Assembly: GCA_910584815.1 (NCBI GenBank)
Contig: CAJUBT010000006.1
Span: 6,371 to 70,370 of the forward strand
Length of the DNA: 64,000 nucleotides
Origin: an uncultured Christensenella sp.
GTDB taxonomy: Bacteria; Bacillota; Clostridia; Christensenellales; UBA1242
Direction of reading: 5' to 3'
This document shows, piece by piece, positions 27,592-36,900 of the stretch (position 1 is the first letter of the stretch; the number at the start of each line of letters is the position of its first letter). The position numbers were made by a program, and so were the translations under genes. The notes under the pieces were generated by a model. It was not told the DNA's origin. It ran no database searches and saw only the letters and a program-made list of their open reading frames with translations.

Positions 27592-27935
27592 AGTGTTATT
27601 TTATGTTTCAAATTATGGTTTTGTTTAATTTTAAAATTTTTATAAAACTTTAACTTTTATTTGAATACATTTAAAAATTATATTTATAATTTAAATTTAA
27701 AACATAATTAATAAAAGTTTGAAAATATGAATAAAAAAATTTAAATTTTATAAACTAAATTATGCCCATATGCTTTTAAAAACCACAAAGTAGCGTTTTA
27801 AGTGTAAATGCTTATATTTAAAAAAAATTGGAAAATTTATTTATTTTATTTGCTTTTTTTTTAGTATTATAATAAAATTTACACAGAAAGCCTTAAAAAA
27901 TCATAAGAGGCAAATAAAAAGGAAGGTATAGAACT

Positions 27936-28205
27936 TTGAACATTTCAGATGTACGCGTAAGAATTATTAAAAAAGATGACAACAAATTAAAAGCAGTAGC
28001 ATCAATAACAATTGATGAATGTTTTGTTGTCCACGATATCAAAGTTATCGAAGGCAACCAAGGATATTTTATTGCAATGCCTAGCAGAAAAACTTTAGAT
28101 GGAGAATATAAGGATATTGTTCACCCATTGAACACTGAAACTAGAGAAGAAATTAGAAACGCTATTTTAGTTGAATTTGAAAAAGCACAAAAAGAAGCTG
28201 AATAA
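27936..28205 (+). CDS. spoVG: Septation/regulatory protein SpoVG
   Basis: TTG start, with RBS AAAAGGAAGG about 9 nt upstream. The protein [64 protein letters not shown] aligns closely with canonical SpoVG. Confidence 0.85.
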   Translation: MNISDVRVRIIKKDDNKLKAVASITIDECFVVHDIKVIEGNQGYFIAMPSRKTLDGEYKDIVHPLNTETREEIRNAILVEFEKAQKEAE

Positions 28206-28242
28206 TTTTTTTCTTAATATTTTTTATAATAAGTTAAACAAA

Positions 28243-28273
28243 AACCTAGCGCAAATTAGCGTTAGGTTTTTTG
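28243..28273 (+). terminator. spoVG terminator
   Basis: AACCTAGCGC pairs with GCGTTAGGTT across loop AAATTA (10 bp including one G.U), then T6. Confidence 0.65.
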
Positions 28274-28442
28274 CTTTTAGATATTATTTTTTATATGTTT
28301 TATACTATTTATTTTATAAAAAGCTTTTATGCTTTTAACAATAATTTAAAAATTTTAATGTTTTTTATTTTATCTTACCTACCATAATTTTAATTATTGT
28401 TGCTATATATAATTAATAAATTTATTTTAAAAATTTTACAAC

Positions 28443-28474
28443 AAAAAAAGCACATAATTAAATGTGCTTTTTTA
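28443..28474 (-). terminator. Terminator after the 1060-aa GLUG gene
   Basis: AGCACAT (28449-28455), loop AATTAA, ATGTGCT (28462-28468). It is flanked by A7 and T6, so it could act in both directions. Confidence 0.55.
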
Positions 28475-28503
28475 TTTTAAATTTATCCACAATATATTAT
28501 ATC

Positions 28504-31500
28504 TTAGTGGAAAACTGGTAAATTTGAACTTGGGAAGTTAACATTTACACCAGAAATTGTTGGATAACCAGAACCTGATGGGAAATCCCAACTTGAAAGG
28601 TTACCATTTGTACTTATTGCATTTTTAAATGCACTATAGTTTGGGTTACCTTTTAAATTTGCTTGGCTTAATTGTTTACCATTTCTTGTTTGAGCAGAAC
28701 CAGTATTTTGATATACGCAACTAACAATAGTTCCACAAACAATTCCTGTTAAGTCTGCACTAGAACCATAACTTACACGAGCACTATAAGAAGCAACAGC
28801 ATAGCAACTTTCAATAGTTGTTCCACCATTCAAAGCAAATACTGTAAGCCCACCAACTGCACTAACTTCCATTTTAATTACACTTAAAATGTTTTTGTAA
28901 GTGCCTTCGTTTACTGCATTTAGTCTGCAGAAGGTATAGCAATTTTTCATATATCCACCAGCAACAACTGATGATAAACCACCTGCTAAGAAACCTGTAA
29001 TTGTAACGCCACCATCTGCTTTTGTGCTTTCGCCACAATAAGAATATTGAACTTTACCGAAAGAAATTCCACTTATACCACCAGCATAGTAACCTTTAAT
29101 TTCTTTCATATAAGTTGCAGATTTATAAATTGAATTAGTATTATTTGTTGTAACCATATCATAACCAACAATACCACCAACAATTGTACAATTATCTGTG
29201 TTTAAAATATAGTTGTTTTTATCGCTTGATGTGCCCACACTTGCTACTATATTTGTTGAAATTCTACTGTTAGCATCTACAACCGAGAAACTAATTTTGC
29301 CACTGTTATAACCTGTAATTCCACCAACAAAACCATTGTGTGAACCATTTAACACCATACTTGCTGATTTTACATATGCTCTTGAAATATCATTGCTATT
29401 AAAGCCTGCAATACCACCAAAATAAGTTTTAAAACCTTGTATAGTTGAAGCTTTTAAGTTAAAGGCGTTAGAGTAAACATCTAAAATAGTGCCTTTTGTT
29501 CTGCTTCCATTTGATAATTTAAATTCGTTTGTTCCAACAATTCCGCCAACAAAAATTTTCTTTAAGCCAGATTTATAAATTTCTTTTGTATATTGGTTAG
29601 ATGTGGTGTTGTTTTCGTTATTATATTGAATATCGTTTGCTGTTGTGTAACTAATGCTACCTGCGTTTGCACCAACAATACCACCTGCATATGAAGCAAT
29701 TAATTTAACATTATTAGCATAGTTATAAAGTTTATTTGCACCTAGGCTTCCGCTTGCTGAAATTGTTGCATAGCCTGCACCAATAAAGCCACCTGCCATT
29801 GTAAAGTAACCATCAGTTACATCAATGTCTTCAACCATAACTCTATTTAAAACTGTTCCTGTGTTTGCGAAGCCAAAGAATGAACCAAAATATGAGGTGC
29901 CTCTTGTTGAATCTGCAAATCCTATTACATTAATATCTGCATTAATAATTTTAACATTATTAACTTGTGCCCCATTACTTTCGCCTGCAAGAATGCCTAC
30001 TCTGTTAAAGGTTTGGCCACCATTTGTTATAATACTTACATTTTCAAAAGTAATATCTTTTATTTTTGCGTTAGAACCCATTTTGTTAACAAGCCCTACA
30101 TAACCATCGGTAACATCTGTTGCATCTATTATAAAGTTGCTAATTTTTGCATTGTTTTCGCCAGCAAAAATTTGATTAAATTCGTTTGAAATTACTTTCC
30201 AAACATAACCCTTCATATCTAGGTTTCCACTAACAACACATTCTTCGTTATTGCTAACTTTTTGATATAAAGATGCTGCATCATAAATTTTATCGGTTGT
30301 TGTGATTTCAGAAGTGTCTATATCATAAATTGAACCTACAGAAGATTCTACATTAAGAATTGGATAATTTTCTGAAGTTAATGTCCAAACACCATTGAAG
30401 TTCCAAGTTCTAATTTCACCTGTAGAAATTTCTTGAGTTGTTATAAATTTGTTTGAATTTTTAAAGCCTTGAATTGAATCATCTAAATAAGAGTTTGAAG
30501 TAGATTTTAAATCTCCACTATTAACAAGTCCGCTTGTGCTTGAACCGCCTATTGCATTCATTTTGCCACCATAATAGCAACCTGTTACAAGACCATCGCC
30601 AGATTTTCTATAAACAATGCCTGCTATTTCAGTTTGACTATTTCTTGATGGTTCTTGTTTAGCATAAAAGTAACAATCGTAAAGATTTCCATCTTTTCCA
30701 CTGTTTTCACCAACTATACCACCAAATACTGTTGAAGAATATGTGCCATTATCAACAACTTCTCTTGCATAACTTTCGCTAATAACTGAATTGTTGTTTT
30801 CACCTGCAATTCCGCCTGCAACTATGCTTGAACCAGTAACTGCTAATTTACCATCAAAGCCACAACGGTCTATTTTTGCACTATTGTTAATGCTTCCAGC
30901 AACGCCGCCAACTTTTGAGCTTGTAACTGTGTTTGTGCTAGTAATTGTTCCTGTTGCTTCGCTAGTTTGAATTAAACCATATTGAAATTCAACATTATCT
31001 ATAATTGTTTTATTTCCATTAACTCTGCCAGCAAAAGCACCAAGTGTTACTGCTTTTGAAACATTAATGTCAACATCTACTAACTGTAAATTTTTAATTG
31101 TTCCACCTAAAATTGATATAAAACCAACATTAACAGTGTTTGCAATTTCATCATCGGTTATTTTTAAACCTTTAATTGCGTGATAATTACCATCTAACAC
31201 ACCATTAAAACTGATAGGTGTCCAGTTGTTTGTAAGTTCAATATCGTTATTTAGTTTGTAACTTTTGTTTTGGTCCATTTGAATAAGCTCTTCTTCGTTG
31301 TTAACCATATATGGATAGTTTTCGCTACCATCACAAACTAAAACATCAATAACAAGTCTTGAATAACTACGATTGTTTGTTTTAACAATAATTTTTGCTT
31401 CTCCACCATTAACTGCTCTAAATATTTTTTCTTTTTCAAAATATTGAAGAACTTCCTTATCTTCATCTTCTTGTTGAATTGAATAAGTAAGAGTTGTAGA

Positions 31501-31686
31501 GTCTGCTCTATTTCTAAAATCTAGTAGCCCATTTTCTCCTTCTGCACTAAAAGATTTTCCTGCATTTACAACGAGATAGGAACTCTTTATGTAAATCATT
31601 TCGTTATCAACAGAAAAATAATAGATTGTTAAGCCTAGACTTACTACTGCTATAGCAATAACTAAAAACATTAAAAATCTTTTCAT
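28504..31686 (-). CDS. Secreted or signal-anchored protein with a Big_2-like domain and many GLUG-type repeats (1060 aa)
   Basis: The N-terminal hydrophobic anchor is MKRFLMFLVIAIAVVSLGLTIYYF, followed by a Big_2-like segment (GGEAKIIVKTNNRSY...VIDVLV). More than 15 G-G-[IFV]-[AVI]-G motifs recur every ~25-40 aa, for example VGGVAGSINNS, AGGIAGENNNS, FGGIVGENSG, YAGGIVGANAG, FVGGIVGTNEF, YFGGIAGFNSN and FVGGITGYNSG. Strong RBS AGGGGGAG. No C-terminal TM helix. Confidence 0.75.
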   Translation of the reverse strand: MKRFLMFLVIAIAVVSLGLTIYYFSVDNEMIYIKSSYLVVNAGKSFSAEGENGLLDFRNRADSTTLTYSIQQEDEDKEVLQYFEKEKIFRAVNGGEAKIIVKTNNRSYSRLVIDVLVCDGSENYPYMVNNEEELIQMDQNKSYKLNNDIELTNNWTPISFNGVLDGNYHAIKGLKITDDEIANTVNVGFISILGGTIKNLQLVDVDINVSKAVTLGAFAGRVNGNKTIIDNVEFQYGLIQTSEATGTITSTNTVTSSKVGGVAGSINNSAKIDRCGFDGKLAVTGSSIVAGGIAGENNNSVISESYAREVVDNGTYSSTVFGGIVGENSGKDGNLYDCYFYAKQEPSRNSQTEIAGIVYRKSGDGLVTGCYYGGKMNAIGGSSTSGLVNSGDLKSTSNSYLDDSIQGFKNSNKFITTQEISTGEIRTWNFNGVWTLTSENYPILNVESSVGSIYDIDTSEITTTDKIYDAASLYQKVSNNEECVVSGNLDMKGYVWKVISNEFNQIFAGENNAKISNFIIDATDVTDGYVGLVNKMGSNAKIKDITFENVSIITNGGQTFNRVGILAGESNGAQVNNVKIINADINVIGFADSTRGTSYFGSFFGFANTGTVLNRVMVEDIDVTDGYFTMAGGFIGAGYATISASGSLGANKLYNYANNVKLIASYAGGIVGANAGSISYTTANDIQYNNENNTTSNQYTKEIYKSGLKKIFVGGIVGTNEFKLSNGSRTKGTILDVYSNAFNLKASTIQGFKTYFGGIAGFNSNDISRAYVKSASMVLNGSHNGFVGGITGYNSGKISFSVVDANSRISTNIVASVGTSSDKNNYILNTDNCTIVGGIVGYDMVTTNNTNSIYKSATYMKEIKGYYAGGISGISFGKVQYSYCGESTKADGGVTITGFLAGGLSSVVAGGYMKNCYTFCRLNAVNEGTYKNILSVIKMEVSAVGGLTVFALNGGTTIESCYAVASYSARVSYGSSADLTGIVCGTIVSCVYQNTGSAQTRNGKQLSQANLKGNPNYSAFKNAISTNGNLSSWDFPSGSGYPTISGVNVNFPSSNLPVFH

Positions 31687-31714
31687 ATTTCTCCCCCTAG
31701 AATTTGTTTATCAT

Positions 31715-31743
31715 ATTTTATAACTAAAATCAAAAAAAGTCAA
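31715..31743 (-). promoter_or_regulatory. Promoter of the GLUG-repeat gene
   Basis: Minus strand has TTGACT (31743-31738), a 17-nt spacer beginning with T6, and TAAAAT (31720-31715). Confidence 0.45.
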
Positions 31744-31925
31744 TAGTTCGGCATTTTTTAGGCGTTTTGCCCAAAAAAAATTGTGTAATATCCACTTTTA
31801 TGCTGTTTTTTTGTGCAACTTATACATATATTTTATGAAATTTTACAACTTTTATCATACCATATATATACAAAATTATAGTTTTTAGTTTAAATTAATC
31901 TTTCTAACATATTTTGAATAATAAA

Positions 31926-31960
31926 AACCTTGCTTAAAATATTTAAACAAGGCTTTTATT
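31926..31960 (-). terminator. Terminator downstream of the 412-aa gene
   Basis: CCTTG (31928-31932) pairs with CAAGG (31948-31952). An inner A/T extension (TTAAA/TTTAA) lengthens the stem. A U-run follows on the minus strand. Confidence 0.4.
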
Positions 31961-32188
31961 GCTTTTGTGCAAATACTATATATAATAAACATCAAATTAA
32001 GTTTACAAATTTATTTAACAAGTTTACCTAAAATAAAATTTGTTAAATGTTAAAACTTATTATTAAATAACCAAATTACCACTATAAATTTATGAATTGA
32101 TAAAATAAAAATATTTATATTAATTATATAAAAAATTTCAACGATAACTTAATTGTTAATTAATTTTTTAAAAAATTTTAAAAATACA

Positions 32189-33427
32189 TTAATCTAAAAA
32201 ATCCGTTGGCAAGGCAATAAACACTTCATCGTTAGGAAAGTATAACGGCTCACCATTTGCTTTCTCTCGCTTTTTAGTTAAGGAATTATGTTTATCTACA
32301 GCTTTTAAAAATTTTTCAACAATAACTTCCGCTGTTTGTTTTTCATCTAAATTAACATCTATAAAACTATTAATGTTTTCAACAAACTTAAATAAAAAAT
32401 TATATCTTAAATTATTGTTAAGTCCTATAAGTTTTTTTGCGCCAAGTTTAAAATCGAACTTACAATAAAGTTGCAAATCGGCACATAGTTTATCAACATA
32501 GTTATTAAATATTTTACGAGCAAGTGAGTTAGATGAAAAATAATCTTTATTATTTTTATAGAACTCTAATACATCTATTTCTATTAAGGGAAGATTTAAC
32601 TGATTTGCAATATAAGACAATCGCCTTTTTAATAAATTAACTTTTTTAGTGTTATAACTTAAACAAAACAAACCAACGGGGCGAGTTCCCTCTCCTTTTA
32701 AAATAACCACATTATTATTTTTTTGCAAAGGGCTATCTAAGTTGTTAACTATAAGGTCTATAGGTGTTTTTAATTTTACAGCATTTCCATTTATGCACAC
32801 TTTTTTATTATTTAGGGTTATGCTTCTAATATTATCTGTTTCTTCATTTAAATTACGCACACTACACAACGAACTAACATCGCTTGCCATAATAAAATTG
32901 TTGTTGTTAACTTCATAAATTAAACCAAAAGAAAAATGGTCTTCAGTTACATTAAAATTAGGAGGTGTTACAATTATATTACGGTTAGAAATTAAAGTTG
33001 TTTGATAAAAATCATCTTTACAATTAACAGCTTCTATTACATCTCTACTTAAGGTAAGTAAATTAAGGGGTAAAGCTCTAACACATAATTTAAAGTTATT
33101 TGGGTTAAAACATTCAATATCACTTATCTCTTGACCCCATAATTTTTTAACAATGTTATTTGCATACTCTTCTATTTTTAAAATATTTTCAATTAAACTT
33201 CCAGCTTTTTTATTATTGCTACTTTCAATTTTCTTATTAAAATATCCAAGTTCAGCAAGCCCTGTTGTGCAACTTAAGGCCATTTTATAATAATCGGTTA
33301 ATAGGGCTTTATCTTCTTTAGATATTAATTTATTTTCCATTAAATTGTTAATTGAAGAACACACATCTTGACATAAATCACGAATAAAACCAGTGTTCTG
33401 TAAAAATTTTTCGCTAACCATAAACAA
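32189..33427 (-). CDS. Hypothetical cytoplasmic protein (412 aa), no recognisable family
   Basis: Long ORF with RBS AAAGGA 9 nt upstream of the ATG. It has no signal peptide or TM segment and no motif I can assign. Confidence 0.6.
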   Translation of the reverse strand: MFMVSEKFLQNTGFIRDLCQDVCSSINNLMENKLISKEDKALLTDYYKMALSCTTGLAELGYFNKKIESSNNKKAGSLIENILKIEEYANNIVKKLWGQEISDIECFNPNNFKLCVRALPLNLLTLSRDVIEAVNCKDDFYQTTLISNRNIIVTPPNFNVTEDHFSFGLIYEVNNNNFIMASDVSSLCSVRNLNEETDNIRSITLNNKKVCINGNAVKLKTPIDLIVNNLDSPLQKNNNVVILKGEGTRPVGLFCLSYNTKKVNLLKRRLSYIANQLNLPLIEIDVLEFYKNNKDYFSSNSLARKIFNNYVDKLCADLQLYCKFDFKLGAKKLIGLNNNLRYNFLFKFVENINSFIDVNLDEKQTAEVIVEKFLKAVDKHNSLTKKREKANGEPLYFPNDEVFIALPTDFLD

Positions 33428-33804
33428 TTATCCTTTGTAAATAATTTATAATGCTTTAACAAAATTAAAGTAGAGAATTTTTAAAAATGCTTTTAAGTTT
33501 ATTAAAAAATTATGCTATTTTAAAAATTAAAAATTGATTGTAAAAATTTTTCTTAATATAATTTTTTAGTTTAAACACACAAAGTTTTACAAGAAAAATA
33601 ATAAAAATATTATAACAATAAAACCAATTTTAACAAAGTTATTTTAATAGAAATTGCCACTTTTAAAAGTTAAAATTTATGGCATTATAATATGAATACT
33701 ATATATAGTATTACTATAACTATATATAGATATATAATTATATTAAGCATAAAAACAATTATTGAATAAATAAAAATTTTAATATTTTTAGCTGTTTTTA
33801 AAAT

Positions 33805-33849
33805 AAAAAACAGAAGGCACTTTATGAATTTGTGCCTTCTATTTTTTTT
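33805..33849. terminator. Bidirectional terminator after the 9033-codon gene
   Basis: A perfect 9-bp stem pairs AGAAGGCAC (33812-33820) with GTGCCTTCT (33832-33840) across an 11-nt loop. It is flanked by A6 upstream and T8 downstream. Confidence 0.65.
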
Positions 33850-33914
33850 AATTTTGTTAACAAAAACTTGTTATAGAACTTAATAAAACCACTTTAAAGC
33901 AACACCCTAATTTT

Positions 33915-36900
33915 TTATTGCGGATTGTTTGGGTTGTTTGGATCTACAAAATTACCATTTGGATTGTTTGGATTTTGCATATTTGGGTTATAGTAATTTT
34001 GATTGTTAGGATCGTAATAACCTTGGTTATTATTTTGATTATAATATGCCTGATTGTTAGGGTCATAGTAACCTTGATTATTTAGGTCGTAATAACCCTG
34101 ATTATTGTACATATTAGGGTCTACATAACCATTAGGGTTATTAAAGTTAGGGTCTACATATCCGTTATTATAATTTGGGTTAACTATGTTTTGTCCATTT
34201 GCGTTGTTTGGGGCCTGCGCATTTGGATTAACAAAGTTTTGTTGAGGTGGAGTTTGCTGATTAGCAACATTTTGAGGGTTTACAAAATTCTGTTGAGGAA
34301 CATTGTTTTGTGCCACATAATTTTGAGGGTTATTTGCCAAGTTTTGAGGAGTTGTGTTAACAGTTGGTTGAACATTTTGATTTTGCATTTGCTGACCACT
34401 ACCATTGTTATTTACATTTCCATTTTGGTTACCATTTACATTACCACCATTATTTCCAACATTATTTGCATTACCATTGTTTATGTTGTTATTTGCATTG
34501 CCACCGCCAGCATTATTACCAGTATTATTATTTTCTTGTTGACCTTTTGCTTTTTGGGTTTTAGATTTAATTTCTTCCTTGGTGCGCTTTAATTGTTCTT
34601 GCCCAACATTTTGTTTGCGCTTTCTGCGGTTAATTCTTATAGAAATTATAATAACTAAACCTGCAATTACAACTAAACCTGCAACAATAACAATTATAAT
34701 AAGGTTATTATAATTTTGTGCCTCATAAACTTTAAAACTTACAACACGAGTTGTGAAGTAGTTATTTCCGCTAAACACAATAGTAACTTCATAATCGCCT
34801 TCGCTAACAATGTTAGAAATTTGTTGACCATTTTTTGTAAATATAAGTTCATATTCAGGAATAATTCCATCAACAAACTGGTTAGCATTAAAGTTTATGT
34901 GAATTTTATCGTTAAGCTTACTTCCATCTTCTCTTAACACACCATCTATAATAAGGTCATAATTAGTAATTTCTTTTTGCTTAATTGTATAAGTTGCTGT
35001 GAATATTGCACCATCACCGAAATTATAATTTTTTCTTAAACTTTCGTTTAATTCTAAAATTATGTAGTAAGTGCCCGCATTGGTTAAATAGTTAAGATTT
35101 ATGCGGTTAATCATATTACTATCGCTATAAAGTGCTAGGGTATATTCATCTTCAGATAATCCTTCAATACCACTTGCTTTAATTGCTGGGTCGTTATTCA
35201 TTATAAGGTCACCATAAGTGCGTTCAACATCTTGTAAAACAATATTTAAAGTTGCTTTATTTATTCTAAGAGTTTTTTCAAGTGTGAATGGGCTGCCATC
35301 TGGTGATAAGCCAGCAAAATTATAGAAACCACAGGCTGCAGAATCGAAGTGTGCAATAATTTTATAAATGCCTGCATCAAGAACAGTTTTTGCATCTAAC
35401 ACAATTTCTTCATCATCGAATATAATTTCATCTGCAAGTTCTCTACCAATTTTATAAGTATACCTAATACTATCTAAATAAGTAAGAGTTGTGCTTGTTG
35501 ATGTTACCCTAGAAACTCTTGCAAGTGTTGAGGCTTTACTATAAGTTATTTGCTCGTTATTCAAGAAAGTTAAAGTGTTAATTTGTGGGTCTGCACCATT
35601 AACAAGAACGGTGATATCAAACATTTGATAATTTTGGTTAGAAATAAAACTCTTATCCTTTGCTTCAAACCTTACTTGGCGAATAATATAACCAACTTCT
35701 GTATTTAGAATGCTATTACCATCAAACCAGGTTGTTATGCTGCCATCGTTTATTTCTACCCACTCACCTGTAATTTCATTTAAGTAACTAACAATAATTG
35801 GAACATTTGCACCTTCAGCATTTAAAGTAGAACCCCAGGTTCTTCTAACAACATAACCGTGTTCATCTGTTTTAACAACGCCAGCACCGTTAGGGTCTAT
35901 TTTAAAGGTTAAAACTGGAGAAATAACTGTTATGTTAATGCTAAAGCGTTCCGACAATGATAAACCATATTCATTATAGTTAGGGTTATATTCACTGCCT
36001 TTATTGAACACTAGGTTTGCTGTGTTATTACCATATTTAAGTTCTTGTTCGTTATTTGCAAAACTAAAGCCATTAGGTAAAATAACATTTAATGTGCCAA
36101 CAGTTAAGTTTGGAACATAAGTTTTTGTGCCAATATTATAGTCACCTAAGAATCTTGCTATTTCAGATTTTGAATAGTTTGCTTTTATAACATAAACTTT
36201 AGCTTCTACTCTAATAGGGTTGTAATTGTTTTTGTTGCCAAAAATACTTTCAAAGAAACCTTCATCATCTCTTGAAGAATAAATCATATAGAAAGTTTCG
36301 CCTTCTTCCCCATTAACAACAAGTCGTCTATCAAAGTTAGGTTGAGTGCTATCCCAAGTGTAACCAGAACCACTTATGAAAATAGAACTTAAAGTTAGGT
36401 TGCTATTATAAGTTACAGTTATTGGGCTATGTGCAAAACTGCTTGCACGCAAGTCGCCACGAATAATGCGAATTGTAACATCTATATTATCATAATCTTC
36501 ATAACAATCTGGATTATTATTATAATAAGCTTTATAGTTAGATAATTCGTAATAATCTAGGTTACCTATGTTTATGTTGCTTAAATCTATTCTATCTGGT
36601 TTTACAAAGTAGGTTGTGCCTATTTTATAATCGCTTGCAGAATTTAATTTTACTTCAACAAAATTACCATTTGCATCTTTAACATAGTAAGTTCCTCGTG
36701 ATTGTTCGTTAACAGAAGTATCTATTTGATATTGCCAATTAAAGAATTCTGGCAAAGTTATGTCACTTAATTTTAAGCCTGCCATAAATTTAAATTCAAA
36801 ATATTGTTTTCCGCCATTATCTTTATAAATGTCAACATCTTTAAATATACCTTTGCCTATTGTATAAGATATTGTTGTAATATAATCGGTATACAAAGTA

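Noticed and set aside
28483-28491. A perfect DnaA-box 9-mer TTATCCACA next to the GLUG-gene terminator, with near matches at ~31790 and ~61205.
   Set aside because: It is a single isolated box. My rough expectation for this 9-mer in 128 kb of both strands at this composition is about one. There is no cluster, dnaA/dnaN gene or AT-rich unwinding-element context.
31732-31738. 7-nt homopolymers abutting the -35 box inside the promoter spacers of the GLUG gene (T7) and the giant gene (A7, 61094-61100), considered as possible slipped-strand phase-variation switches. An A7 run in codons 4-6 of the giant gene was also noted.
   Set aside because: Tracts of 7 nt are short for efficient slippage. The housekeeping dtd promoter has an A8 tract in its spacer too, so such runs seem to be background in this genome. 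Read-level length heterogeneity would be needed to revive the idea.
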